Source: a virus (taxonomy: Duplodnaviria > Heunggongvirae > Uroviricota > Caudoviricetes). Taken from it: a DNA stretch of 64,000 bases. The stretch spans positions 185,001-249,000 of the IMG/VR virus record IMGVR_UViG_3300028888_001839. One strand, 5' to 3'. Below are positions 1 through 9,853 of the stretch, one piece after another. Below the pieces are notes generated by a model that was not told the origin of the DNA, searched no databases, and saw nothing but the letters and a program-made list of their open reading frames with translations. Each line of letters opens with the position of its first letter. The first letter of the stretch is position 1. Position numbers and translations under genes: made by a program.

Positions 1-2
1 AG

Positions 3-209
3 CATATAGAGAAGTGGTGTGAGAAGAATCTTGGATTCGTGCCAGAAATTACTCATGAGAAGGATTCGTTAATGGAGAAGCTATATGACGACAGAGTTGT
101 ACAGGTGATTCCAGATACTGGTATTACAATTGAAGAGGCGGCAAGGAAAGTCCTATGGGATAAGAAATCACCAGATGTGAAAGCATTAATGGACTATCTG
201 ACGGAATGA
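3..209 (+). CDS. hypothetical protein (C-terminal fragment, 5' end outside window)
   Basis: Open frame from window edge to TGA at 207-209, no internal stops. Confidence 0.4.
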   Translation, partial: HIEKWCEKNLGFVPEITHEKDSLMEKLYDDRVVQVIPDTGITIEEAARKVLWDKKSPDVKALMDYLTE

Positions 210-409
210 AAAACCTTCCTTTTATAGTGCAGACATGCGATGCGGGAAACCATAGGCGTAAAGACCGACCCAATGGTGGGATGTACATTGGAGAAGGGAA
301 GGTTAGCTTAACCATAGCCGCAATGCAGCCACAGGAAACTCTAGTGGTGAGGATGCGGAAAAAGAAAACGATTTCGGATAGACTTCCACCTGCAAGTGTG
401 GTATAATCA

Positions 410-1636
410 ATGTCGCAAATGAGAAGCAAAGAAGGCAAAAGCAAAATGGGTGAAATCATAAGACACAAGTTCGACCTGAACGACAAGCCCGGATGGTTGA
501 AAATTAGAACAGAACTAGCTAACCAAGGAAGACTTGGCGGTTCAGACATAGGAGCGGCCGTAGGTGATAACCCTTACAAGTCGCCTTATGCGCTCTGGTG
601 TGAGATGGTTGGATTATATGAGCCAGAGGATATTTCCGACAAGGAGGCTATCAAGCAGGGGGTGATGTTTGAGGCGGCAGTTGCGGAACGATTTGCAAAA
701 GAGTCGGGAATTGGAGTTGAGGAAGTACCTTACATCTTTACCAACACTGATGCACCGCATCTTTTCGCAACTCCAGACCGTCTTTGCCTTGATGGAGAAT
801 CTGGATTGGAGTGCAAGACGGCTAAAGAGATTGTAATGAAGAAGTTTCCAAGAGGAGACTTCCCGCAGCAGTATTTCGACCAGTGCTGCTGCTATCTCAA
901 GGTGACTGAGCGCAAGCGGTGGTATATCGCAATCCTCATCTACGGAGTAGCCTTCAACATATACATGATGACTACCATCAAGGAAGAGGCAGATAGATTC
1001 AACTATCTAAAGACGAAAGTAGACGGCGGAGAAATCCTTACGCCAGAAGAGAGTGAGGAATGGCAGAAACAGAACTGGCTAGTTGCCGCATACTATATTG
1101 ACAAGGAAGCACTCGATGCAGTAGAACTAGCGGCGGCAAACTTCATTCATAGGGTGAATGAGGGCAAGAAAGGCAACATGGAGGTCTGGCCCATAGAGGA
1201 AATCGACGGCTCGGAATCCACGGCAAGGGCACTCGCTTACTCTAATCCTAGGCCAAAGCCGTCTTCTGTCGTGACGTTTGACAGCGCAGAGATTTATGGT
1301 GTGCAGGACGATGGGAATGCGTTTGTAGATGCGAAAGGTGACGAAGTTTGCCGTCTCGTTGCGCAAAGGCTGGAGTACGACAACACAATCAAGATGCTCG
1401 AGACGGAGAAGGACGAATGCGACAACAAACTTGCTGCCATCATGAAAGATAAGGAGAAGTTTGTTGTTCCAGGTTGTTCCGTAACCTACAAGATGGTCTC
1501 TGGGAGAGAGACGGCGAGCGTCAAGGCGGTGAAGGCTTATTTTGAGGCGAAGGGCGAGAAGATTCCAGATGGGATGATTACGAAGAGTGATGATTATAGA
1601 GGAATTCGCTTCTATCCTTCCCGCAAGAAAGCATAG
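410..1636 (+). CDS. YqaJ/lambda-exonuclease-like recombination exonuclease (PD-(D/E)XK) with C-terminal extension
   Basis: 408 aa ORF; N-terminal region with GSDIGAAVG...SPYALWCEMVG pattern typical of YqaJ viral recombinase exonucleases; sits immediately upstream of a RecT gene. Confidence 0.6.
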   Translation: MSQMRSKEGKSKMGEIIRHKFDLNDKPGWLKIRTELANQGRLGGSDIGAAVGDNPYKSPYALWCEMVGLYEPEDISDKEAIKQGVMFEAAVAERFAKESGIGVEEVPYIFTNTDAPHLFATPDRLCLDGESGLECKTAKEIVMKKFPRGDFPQQYFDQCCCYLKVTERKRWYIAILIYGVAFNIYMMTTIKEEADRFNYLKTKVDGGEILTPEESEEWQKQNWLVAAYYIDKEALDAVELAAANFIHRVNEGKKGNMEVWPIEEIDGSESTARALAYSNPRPKPSSVVTFDSAEIYGVQDDGNAFVDAKGDEVCRLVAQRLEYDNTIKMLETEKDECDNKLAAIMKDKEKFVVPGCSVTYKMVSGRETASVKAVKAYFEAKGEKIPDGMITKSDDYRGIRFYPSRKKA

Positions 1637-1678
1637 GATTTGTTTCAGTAAACAAAGAAAGACGAAAGGAAAAACAAA

Positions 1679-3640
1679 ATGGCAATGGATACAAGTTCAT
1701 TGAAAGCGGCCGCAAAGCCGACAACTGCTGTCGCGACGCAGACACAGCAGAAAGCCCTAACTCCAGCACAGCGAGTGAAGGGGATGCTAGAGAAGAGGAT
1801 TGGAGAAATCGCCAATGCGCTTCCTAAAGGTTGGGACGAAAAGAGATTCGTCAGAATTGCACTGACTGCAATCTCCTCCAACCCGAAGCTCGCACAGGCA
1901 TGTGCTCTGTCGCCAGCAACATTCCTCGGTTCCATGATGAATGCAGCCCAGTTGGGCCTAGAGCCTAACACTCCGATGGGCAAGGCATACCTTCTCCCCT
2001 ACAACAACATCGACAAGAACACCGGGAAGAAAGTCCCGATGGTTCAGTTCCAGATTGGCTATCTGGGATATATCGACCTCGCATTCCGTTCTGGGAAAGT
2101 GAAGTCGATTACGGCGGAAGTCCGCTATGCAAAGGACTTCTGGGAGTATGAGAAGGGCATCAATGAGAAGTTGAAGCACATTCCTTATGACGAGGGTGAC
2201 CCCGGCGAAGCGGTGGGCTATTATGCCGTAATCCACATGAAGGATACAATCAATCCAGACGGAAGCAAGACGGAAGGAGCGGTAATCACCGCATACATGC
2301 CTAAGTTTCGTGTCATAGAGCATGCGAAGAAGTTCTCAAAGTCTTACAACAAGAAGACTGGAACATTCTCAGGCCCTTGGGCTTCGGACTTCGATAGCAT
2401 GGCGAAGAAAGGGCTATCTCTTGATACAGAGATTCCAACAGCAGAGGGTTGGACAACTATGGGTGAGATAGAGAAGGGCATGACTGTTTATGATATGGAC
2501 GGCAATCCTACACGGGTTATTGCGGTATCTGAAGAGAAGAATCTCGATTGCTTTGAGATTGTATTTTCGAATGGAAGGAAAGTTGTTTGCGATGATGAAC
2601 ATCGGTGGGTAGCGAAAATCGGGCTAAATGCTCGGAGAAAAGTTCGCGGGAAAGGATGGAGCACACATACTATCAATGAACTATTTGATGCGAAACAAAG
2701 GGGAGAGCTTATTATTGTCCCATTGATTCCAGGTATAAAGGCAAAGAAAGCAACACTTCCAATAGACCCATGGTTGTTGGGATTCTGGATTGGAGATGGA
2801 AGCCACACGAACGGCTGCGTGTGTTGTAGTGATGAAGACCTTCCTCATATCAAAGCAATGATAGATAAGTCTGGACTTAAGATTGGTGCCATACGGAAGG
2901 ATCCTCGTGCTAATGTCAATCAAGTGATGGTTCGGGGGTTGAAGGCTCTACTCAAACAAAATAAACTTTTTGGGAATAAGCATATTCCTCAAGAGTATCT
3001 AAGGGCGAGTGCCGAACAACGTCTTGCACTACTTCGTGGTCTTATGGATTCCGATGGTTGTATGGAGAAGAGTAGGGGGCGTGCTATATTTACAAATACT
3101 AGCAGTGTCATTGCAGATGGAGTTAGGGAACTTGCTTCCTCTTTAGGAGAAGTTGTGTGTGACTCTACTCATATTTGCAAGGGATTCGGGAAGTCGGTTC
3201 GTTGTCGTTACTTGATGTGGCAACCAATTCTTAACCCATGTACTCTGCCAAGGAAAGCAGACCGCTTTAGAGAGCGTGAGGTTATTCCGTATCGTAGTAT
3301 TAAGTCTATTAAGAGGATTCCTTCTGTGACAACCAAATGTATCGCAGTAGATTCTCCTACAAATACATACCTCTGTACAAGGGACTTCATTCCAACACAT
3401 AACACCGTTCTTCTGCAGGCATTGAAGTATGCTCCGAAGGCTTCTGAGGATGCGATGTTCGCAAATGCCTTTACGATGGACAACACCGTGCGAGACGGCA
3501 TAGAGAAGGATGCCTCTACAATCAAGACGGAGGGAATCTTCGCAACAAATCCAGCGGATGGAGCGATAGAAGCGGATGTCGTTGAAGAGAACGACGGTGG
3601 AGAGGAAGAGGGAACCGAGTCCGAAGGTGGAGAGGATTAA
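1679..3640 (+). CDS. recT: RecT-family single-strand annealing protein interrupted by an intein (Hint + LAGLIDADG endonuclease)
   Basis: RecT-like N-terminal part (KAYLLPYNN, QFQIGYLGYIDLAFRSG); conserved RecT motif MAKK|TVLLQALKYAP is split by ~330 aa carrying LDTEIPTAEG (Hint block A), two LAGLIDADG motifs (LLGFWIGDGS, LALLRGLMDSDGC) and terminal ...IPTHN followed by T. Confidence 0.7.
   Translation: MAMDTSSLKAAAKPTTAVATQTQQKALTPAQRVKGMLEKRIGEIANALPKGWDEKRFVRIALTAISSNPKLAQACALSPATFLGSMMNAAQLGLEPNTPMGKAYLLPYNNIDKNTGKKVPMVQFQIGYLGYIDLAFRSGKVKSITAEVRYAKDFWEYEKGINEKLKHIPYDEGDPGEAVGYYAVIHMKDTINPDGSKTEGAVITAYMPKFRVIEHAKKFSKSYNKKTGTFSGPWASDFDSMAKKGLSLDTEIPTAEGWTTMGEIEKGMTVYDMDGNPTRVIAVSEEKNLDCFEIVFSNGRKVVCDDEHRWVAKIGLNARRKVRGKGWSTHTINELFDAKQRGELIIVPLIPGIKAKKATLPIDPWLLGFWIGDGSHTNGCVCCSDEDLPHIKAMIDKSGLKIGAIRKDPRANVNQVMVRGLKALLKQNKLFGNKHIPQEYLRASAEQRLALLRGLMDSDGCMEKSRGRAIFTNTSSVIADGVRELASSLGEVVCDSTHICKGFGKSVRCRYLMWQPILNPCTLPRKADRFREREVIPYRSIKSIKRIPSVTTKCIAVDSPTNTYLCTRDFIPTHNTVLLQALKYAPKASEDAMFANAFTMDNTVRDGIEKDASTIKTEGIFATNPADGAIEADVVEENDGGEEEGTESEGGED
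2411..3403 (+). mobile_element. Intein (Hint domain with embedded LAGLIDADG homing endonuclease) inside recT
   Basis: Boundaries inferred from restoring the RecT MAKK-TVLL motif; ends in HN with +1 Thr. N-terminal junction residue is non-canonical (Gly/Ser), so the exact start is uncertain by 1-2 codons. Confidence 0.6.
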
Positions 3641-3643
3641 TCC

Positions 3644-3934
3644 TTGTCTATGGCGAATTCGGTACAGATAAAGTACCATGGGGAAGTTCTCTGCTGCCTT
3701 GACCAGACGGAGGTCAAGGCAGTGGAGCCCTATGTGTTCTGCAAGCCTCCTATCAGAAACGTGTTCCAGCGGATAGCCGATTGGACGTATCGGTTTGTGA
3801 CAGGAAAGCGAACAAACGTTATGGTTGGGGATAACGGAAGTTCGTGCGACTCTGGCACGAAAATCCTATTCAAGGACGGTACTTGGATGCGCTTGAAGAT
3901 TCCCTTTATGGAGTTTGTGAATGGCTACTGCTAA
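3644..3934 (+). CDS. hypothetical small protein
   Basis: 96 aa ORF in a co-directional gene string; no recognisable motif. Confidence 0.3.
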   Translation: MSMANSVQIKYHGEVLCCLDQTEVKAVEPYVFCKPPIRNVFQRIADWTYRFVTGKRTNVMVGDNGSSCDSGTKILFKDGTWMRLKIPFMEFVNGYC

Positions 3935-4631
3935 TGAGACAACGCATAAGGAAATCTGGAAATCTCCTCCCTCTCTCAATTGTCAGAGGGTGGAGGTTTC
4001 TAATTTAGGGAGGGTAAGGACACTCCCTTATTATAGGAGTTTCATTCGGCTTGGCGTTCCCGTAACAAATAAGTGTAATGAAAAAATCCTCAAGTGCGGA
4101 AAGGATTCCAGAGGGAGGAGATTCATCTGCGGAGGAACCATAAAGAAGTCTCTATATGGGAAGGGGTTCTTGGTCCATCGGCTAGTAGCCGAATGCTTTG
4201 TTCCAAATCCAAAGCCAAAAGAGTATGACATGGTATTCTTCAAAGATGGGGATGTGGGAAACTGCAAGGCATCAAATCTCGAATGGGGTTGTAGGAGGGA
4301 TAGGAATTTGATGGCAAGGGGCAATCGTGCAATCTATAAGATTCTAGTCATCTCTAACGGGAAAAAGATTGGAGAATATATTGGATGTGGAGAAACAGGT
4401 AGAGCCCTAGGGTGTACAAAACAGTCGGTTCATGCTGCGATAATGAATGGCACTCTATGCAAAGGATATGAACTAGTAGCATTGAAGGGAGATGGAGACA
4501 AGCCATATCATTCGCTCGAAGAGGCAAGAAAAGCTGATAGCTTCAAGCCTATAAGCAATGGGTTCTTGATTCCAGACGAAATATATTCCAAGAAGGATGT
4601 TGAGATACCGATGGAGGCTGTGTTCAAGTGA
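3921..4631 (+). CDS. HNH homing endonuclease (HNH_3-like)
   Basis: 236 aa; NLEWGCRRDRN and HRLVAECFVPNP motifs typical of phage HNH_3 endonucleases. Confidence 0.6.
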   Translation: MATANETTHKEIWKSPPSLNCQRVEVSNLGRVRTLPYYRSFIRLGVPVTNKCNEKILKCGKDSRGRRFICGGTIKKSLYGKGFLVHRLVAECFVPNPKPKEYDMVFFKDGDVGNCKASNLEWGCRRDRNLMARGNRAIYKILVISNGKKIGEYIGCGETGRALGCTKQSVHAAIMNGTLCKGYELVALKGDGDKPYHSLEEARKADSFKPISNGFLIPDEIYSKKDVEIPMEAVFK

Positions 4632-4649
4632 AAGAAAATATTACAAGTT

Positions 4650-4682
4650 GATGCCGTGCGGTTGTCTGCACGGCATTTTTTG
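4650..4682 (+). terminator. rho-independent terminator
   Basis: GATGCCGTGC-GGTTGTCT-GCACGGCAT hairpin followed by TTTTTT. Confidence 0.6.
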
Positions 4683-4710
4683 CATATAGGGCAATAGATT
4701 AAGGTGCATT

Positions 4711-5523
4711 ATGCAAGAGAATACCGAGCAGAAAACGGAAAAGGTGGCGCTTGACCAAGACACGGTCATCGGAGATGCCATGTGCGAGGCGTCGCAGTTG
4801 TTCTATGAAGCGGCGAACCAGATAGCGAGGTGCATCAGCGAAAATGCACAATGCTGCATTGACAATGCATTGTTGAGAAGGGCTGAACTCGCCTTGGCTT
4901 ATATGCAAGGGGTGTCTTTTGGGTTGGCTATGGACGATGCCGTGCAGAAGTGGTATTTGACTGAAATGGAAAAGAGCATGGCTTCCATATTGAACAGTCA
5001 GTCTCTAGCCTTTCAGCCACAGATATACGTTCCGCCAGCACCTGGCCCGATTATGGGTTTTGATAGTCGCAGGTGTTGTTCCCATTTTACATTCCTTCAT
5101 TGTCTCAATAACAACACACCTCCAAATAAGGAGTATGAGAAATCGGTGAAAGAAGACATCGTAAAGGACGATGGGCTCAAGTATCTGTTTGAGAAGGGTT
5201 TGCTCGACCCGACTGAGTTTGAGGGGGTGCTCAAGAAATATCCAGATTTGGCAGGAGAAAAGTCTGAAGAAGCACCAATGCCTGCAGAAGACAAGGCACC
5301 TAAAACTGATGTTAGCACTCCTATTCCTCCCTCTGGGATACTGCAGATTAGGGAAGAGGATGAGAAATCCACCGAAGATGATAATGCGAGTGTTCTCAAT
5401 CTCCGCAACCTATTTCGTGGTGGAAAAATAAACAAGAGCCAATATGTAGGAGGGCTCGCAACCCTTGTAGCGACAGGGCTTATTTCAAAGTCTGAATTTA
5501 CACGACTAAAGGCATCTTGCTAG
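4711..5523 (+). CDS. hypothetical protein
   Basis: 270 aa ORF, acidic C-terminal half, no recognised domain. Confidence 0.45.
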   Translation: MQENTEQKTEKVALDQDTVIGDAMCEASQLFYEAANQIARCISENAQCCIDNALLRRAELALAYMQGVSFGLAMDDAVQKWYLTEMEKSMASILNSQSLAFQPQIYVPPAPGPIMGFDSRRCCSHFTFLHCLNNNTPPNKEYEKSVKEDIVKDDGLKYLFEKGLLDPTEFEGVLKKYPDLAGEKSEEAPMPAEDKAPKTDVSTPIPPSGILQIREEDEKSTEDDNASVLNLRNLFRGGKINKSQYVGGLATLVATGLISKSEFTRLKASC

Positions 5524-5559
5524 TTGTTAGTTTCGGCATAGTTCAAGGAGACGGATAGG

Positions 5560-7662
5560 ATGTTCGGATTATTCCATAAGGGCAGCAAGAAAGACCAGCC
5601 GAAATACAAGAAGCATGGGAGGTCGGAGGGTGAGCCATCTGCTATCCAGAAGATGAGGAAGGCTATCGAGGACGGCATAGGGTTCTCTCCTGATTCTAGT
5701 TCTGGAGAGTTCCCCGTCATGGATGAATCCGCCATGACAGATGAGGAGTACACTGAGGCAATCGACAAGTTGTTTCCAGTTAGACTTACAGACTTCTTCA
5801 AGGCGGTGCAGGATGGGGCTGACCCATTTCCAATAAAAACCGACATGGTTGATATGAGCGTCCCTACAATGGACGATGTTACTGGAGGCAAGGGAGATGG
5901 TGTGCCAACGGGGAAGCCGTCCGTTCTTCCGAGGAACATAAGCGGGAATCTTCCGGGAGCCGTTCCGAGAAGTTCTCAGAGGTGTTATCCGCCACGGCAG
6001 GGGCTTCATGCTGGGTTAGAGGGTGGCGGATTTGCGATGCTTCCCGATCCTCTTCTACGCTTCCCGATAAACCCAAGAGTTCTCAAACACTTCCAATCGC
6101 GTATTTGGATTACATATACGGGATGCGCAATCATAGCAACACATGAGTTTGTGAATCGTGCCTGCATGATTCCAGCAGAAGATGCCATGGCGCATGGTTA
6201 CAAGGTCGTCTGCTCATCTACAAAGCATGAACATAGCAATGAGCATGATGCAGCGGAAGCAGATTTCCTGACGGAGATTAAGAAAGCCGCCGATAGGATG
6301 GGGTTGAACGAAGCATGTATTCGCTTAAATTACAAGAAGAAGGTGTTTGGAGTTGGTGTAGCAATTCCATGGGTAAGGTTTAGGGATGATTATAGATCCC
6401 CATCAGACAAGTCAGGTAAAACCCCATATAGCTATGCAGACCCTTACGACCCTAAAGCCATAAAACCAGGTTCGTTCAAAGGATTTGCTGTCATAGACCC
6501 ACACTGGCTTACTTACCAGTGGGACAAGGACAGCCGAACCAATCCACTCTCCCCGCACTTCCTAGAGCCGACATGGATAAAGGTAGGAGAAGAGAGAGTC
6601 CATCGCTCATGGGTGATAAGGAAAATAAACTCAGAGTTGCCAGACATCTTCAAGCCGGTGTATCTCTATGGCGGGCTGTCTTTGACGCAGATGATTTATG
6701 AAAGAGTGTGGGCCGCAGACAAGCTAGCAAATGAAGCACCGCTTCTAGCAATGACAAAGAGGCTTCTGATTGCAGACGGAAACCTCGAGCAGTTGCAGTC
6801 AGACCCGGCCCGTACAAACAAGTTCTTCAATGCCATAAACTTCTTCCGCGACAACTTCTCCATATTCGTGAAGAAGCCGTCTTCGAACGTGACGCAGTTG
6901 GATACGAACCTGTCGGAACTCACACCTCTTACGATGTCGCAGTATCAGTTGGTTGCTGCCATTGCACAGATTCCTGTCACTAAGTTGCTGAAAAACGTTC
7001 CTTCTGGCCTGCAGGCAACAGGGCAATACGAATGGGACGACTATGCCCAATCTCTAAAGGCTATCCAGAATAACGACTATACTCCTTTGTGCAAGATGTT
7101 CTACGAACTTTATTGTGCGTCGAACTATCCGGACAAGGATGACATGAAGCTAGACATAGAATGGAATCCTATTGACGTGCCGAAGGAGTCCGAAGTGGCA
7201 CAGATGAGTTCGCAGACGGCACAGTATGTTGCTCACCTTATCAATACCGGACTCATTGACATTGCGGAAGGTCGTGCGATGCTCCGCAAGACAAATCTCC
7301 CAGTTTTCCAGACGATTCCGACAGACATTCCAGAAATCCTCACCAAGATAGAGGAAGCAAAAGACCCTTCAGCCCAACAAGGAGGAATGCCTGGAATGCC
7401 GGGAGGGATGGACGGCGGCATGGGAGGCGGAATCCCTGCTCAGGGAGGAGAACAGCCCCCACCAGAACTGCCGCCAGAAGTCCAGAAGAACGACGAAATT
7501 TTCAAGAGCGTGATGAGGGACTTCCTTAAGAAGACTGGGCAGGAAGTACCAGCACCAGCCGAGCAGCAGCCACAGGCACAGCAGGGGCAACAACCTCAAG
7601 CACATGCCCAGCAGCCCCAACAAGCCCCCTCGGCACAACCACAACCTCCACCTAGAGGGTAG
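5560..7662 (+). CDS. putative portal protein with Q/P/G-rich low-complexity C-terminal tail
   Basis: 700 aa; size and position fit a portal protein; C-terminus is GMPGMPGGMDGG then QQPQ repeats. Family assignment is tentative. Confidence 0.35.
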   Translation: MFGLFHKGSKKDQPKYKKHGRSEGEPSAIQKMRKAIEDGIGFSPDSSSGEFPVMDESAMTDEEYTEAIDKLFPVRLTDFFKAVQDGADPFPIKTDMVDMSVPTMDDVTGGKGDGVPTGKPSVLPRNISGNLPGAVPRSSQRCYPPRQGLHAGLEGGGFAMLPDPLLRFPINPRVLKHFQSRIWITYTGCAIIATHEFVNRACMIPAEDAMAHGYKVVCSSTKHEHSNEHDAAEADFLTEIKKAADRMGLNEACIRLNYKKKVFGVGVAIPWVRFRDDYRSPSDKSGKTPYSYADPYDPKAIKPGSFKGFAVIDPHWLTYQWDKDSRTNPLSPHFLEPTWIKVGEERVHRSWVIRKINSELPDIFKPVYLYGGLSLTQMIYERVWAADKLANEAPLLAMTKRLLIADGNLEQLQSDPARTNKFFNAINFFRDNFSIFVKKPSSNVTQLDTNLSELTPLTMSQYQLVAAIAQIPVTKLLKNVPSGLQATGQYEWDDYAQSLKAIQNNDYTPLCKMFYELYCASNYPDKDDMKLDIEWNPIDVPKESEVAQMSSQTAQYVAHLINTGLIDIAEGRAMLRKTNLPVFQTIPTDIPEILTKIEEAKDPSAQQGGMPGMPGGMDGGMGGGIPAQGGEQPPPELPPEVQKNDEIFKSVMRDFLKKTGQEVPAPAEQQPQAQQGQQPQAHAQQPQQAPSAQPQPPPRG

Positions 7663-7664
7663 CG

Positions 7665-7898
7665 ATGGAAGCGGATGAAGTCCTTACTGGCAAAAAGAAG
7701 GATGAGAGCACGATAGAAGATGCTCTCTATTCTTCGTTGGGGAAGCCAGTTTCAGAAGACATAATCAAAGAGGCATTCAAAAGGAAGCCTCTAATTCCAG
7801 AACTCAACCCAGAACCATACATCAAAATAGTGGAGTTGAAGGGCAAGGATAGGAAGTCCCATCAAGGAGTGGAAATAGGATTGAAATTCTCATTCTAA
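7665..7898 (+). CDS. hypothetical small protein
   Basis: 77 aa ORF directly abutting neighbouring genes. Confidence 0.3.
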   Translation: MEADEVLTGKKKDESTIEDALYSSLGKPVSEDIIKEAFKRKPLIPELNPEPYIKIVELKGKDRKSHQGVEIGLKFSF

Positions 7899-7901
7899 AA
7901 T

Positions 7902-8645
7902 ATGGATATTGTTTATGTCATAGGAACGGAAAGCAGACATGGCAACCTTGAACTGAGGATGTCTCTCCGGTCCATAGCAATGTATGGAAATAACATCGGG
8001 AAGGTGATTGTTGTAGGTACTCCCCCGAACTGGCTTTCTGATGAAGTCATAAAAGTACCTGTAGCGGATAAGTATGTCTACAAGCACTCTAATATATTGA
8101 TGTGCATCGAGAAAGTGGTTGACCTTGGATTAGTCGATGGTGATTTTCTATATTCCTCGGACGATCATTTCTATTGTAGGTATGTTGATTTCAATAACTA
8201 TCCATATTATCTAAAGGGGCCACTCCGCAAGAGGGTAAACGAACTAGACCCTTTCTACAACTATCACAAGTCACTCTATGACACGAGAATGCTTTGCGAG
8301 AAGCATGGCTTCCCTACTAGAAACTATTCACAGCACTGCAACACTCATATGCATGCAGACGTGATAAGGCGAATAAAGCCCATACTCCGTGAATCCTATG
8401 GACTTCCATTTGGGGTAGAACCTACTTCGATCGTGATGAATGCTTGGCAGACTTTTCCTAATGCTCCCAAGGTTACAAAAAGAGAAGACGTGAAGATACT
8501 TCAAGCGAAGAGCCTAGCGGACATCTGGGAGCAGATTGGCGACAGGGATTGCTTTAGCATAGGTGATTCTGCTTTCTCTGGAAAGGCAATGATGTCATTC
8601 TTCAAGGAAGAATACGGGATCAAGTCAATTTACGAGAACGACTAA
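7902..8645 (+). CDS. Stealth-family (CR2-like) putative sugar phosphotransferase
   Basis: NLELRMSLRSIAMYGNNIGKVIVVGTPPNWL closely resembles the Stealth conserved region 2 signature (ELRYSLRS...P.WL); CR1 is absent. Confidence 0.4.
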   Translation: MDIVYVIGTESRHGNLELRMSLRSIAMYGNNIGKVIVVGTPPNWLSDEVIKVPVADKYVYKHSNILMCIEKVVDLGLVDGDFLYSSDDHFYCRYVDFNNYPYYLKGPLRKRVNELDPFYNYHKSLYDTRMLCEKHGFPTRNYSQHCNTHMHADVIRRIKPILRESYGLPFGVEPTSIVMNAWQTFPNAPKVTKREDVKILQAKSLADIWEQIGDRDCFSIGDSAFSGKAMMSFFKEEYGIKSIYEND

Positions 8646-8673
8646 AAAATCTTTCTTTTTATTCTACCCCCCA

Positions 8674-8702
8674 TTGAAAGCCGTCTGACTCTATGGTATA
8701 CT
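8674..8702 (+). promoter_or_regulatory. sigma70-type promoter with extended -10 (TTGAAA-17-TGgTATACT), copy 1 of a conserved promoter family
   Basis: TTGAAA at 8674-8679, TG-N-TATACT at 8694-8702; the same motif CCATTGAAAGCCG...TGGTATA recurs at 27901 and 35029. Confidence 0.55.
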
Positions 8703-8793
8703 ATACGGCGTTTCGAGGAACAAGGCCCTGAACCTAGATGGGCAAGAAAGAGATTCCTCCTAATGGTTCTTTGACAATTGGACGTTGAATTTC

Positions 8794-8836
8794 GGTAGCC
8801 GCCGAATGGGGTTGGTTCGAGTCCCCACGGCTACCA
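8794..8836 (+). ncRNA. tRNA-like minihelix (acceptor stem + T-arm only)
   Basis: GGTAGCC ... GGGGTTGGTTCGAGTCCCCAC ... GGCTACC-A: perfect 7-bp acceptor-like stem enclosing a TPsiC-like arm, no D or anticodon arm. Confidence 0.4.
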
Positions 8837-9774
8837 CAAGTTTCTGTGGAGCAATCGGCAGAGTAACATCGGCCGTACCACATAAAGACCTTCCTTCTAT
8901 GTCTTTGAGGGAATTTAACCAGGGGCCAAGAATAGTGGCAAAAGACTTCGATTTCCCAATCTTACATAATCAGTTAGGTTGGGGGAGCGGTGTGTGAAGC
9001 GCAGACTGCCAGAAAAAATTAACAACTAATAAAACGTCTGGTCGTGGAGTGCAGTCGGACGATAAACAAAAAGGCGAGGAGGCGATAGCATTTGCTATGT
9101 CAATGAACCGCTAAAGCATACAACATCTAGTTGTAGGGCTACTCACACTCTGGAAAAGAGCCAATCGTACTACCGCTCTATTCTGTTTGCTGCCCGATTC
9201 CTAATCAGTCTAACGGGTAGAGTGGGTGTGAGTCTGCTGGGGAGTAGCCTTCCATGATTGTTAGGCGAATCTTGGCGGAGGAAGCCCACAAGTGTTGTGA
9301 CAAGGTAGCCGTTGCCAAAAACATCTAAACGGCAGTTAGTCATCTAAGGAGGCTGTTGGAAACAAGGCAAGGATGGATGCTGGCTGGAGTGGCAGCCAAT
9401 ATGTTATCGTCTATGCGTCGGTCACATGAGGTAAGACGATAGCCAAGAGGTGTCAGGCATCTCACCATCTCAATTTCAATGGGTCTAAATCGGTTTCGAC
9501 GTGGTGACGGCAGTTGCATATGCAGGACGGTGATGTATCCTACACCGCAACGACGGATGCGAAACTCAAATGCCAACGATTAAGAACAATCTTCTGGGAG
9601 GGGCATCTTCCAGTTGGTGAGGTTCATGTAAGACCAAGAACTCCATAGAGGGGTTAGTGGCATGAACCGCTTGCAGCCAAGAATCCCGACAGCCTTAGCG
9701 TTGGGAGTATGTCAAAAGCAGCAGGAATGAACATTGCACTCTGCGGTGCCTGTTGCTTTCAATTTCAGCGAAGC

Positions 9775-9850
9775 GGGGATGTAGCTCAGATGGCAGAGCG
9801 ATTCCTTTACACGGAATATGTCGGCGGTTCGATTCCGTCCGTCCCTACCA
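9775..9850 (+). tRNA. tRNA-Val (anticodon TAC)
   Basis: Cloverleaf: acceptor GGGGATG/CGTCCCT, D GCTC/GAGC, anticodon stem ATTCC/GGAAT with loop TTTACAC, T-loop TTCGATT, CCA encoded. Confidence 0.8.
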
Positions 9851-9853
9851 GAA

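Noticed and set aside
5520-6188. Minus-strand ORFs overlapping the portal-like gene start (5520-5939 -, 5569-6009 -, 6006-6188 -)
   Set aside because: They are antisense to a long + strand gene in an otherwise all-+ operon and show no RBS or motifs.
7369-7662. Q/P/G-rich repetitive 3' end of the portal-like gene as a tandem-repeat element
   Set aside because: It is an in-frame low-complexity protein tail (GMPGMPGG / QQPQ), not a DNA-level repeat element of independent function.
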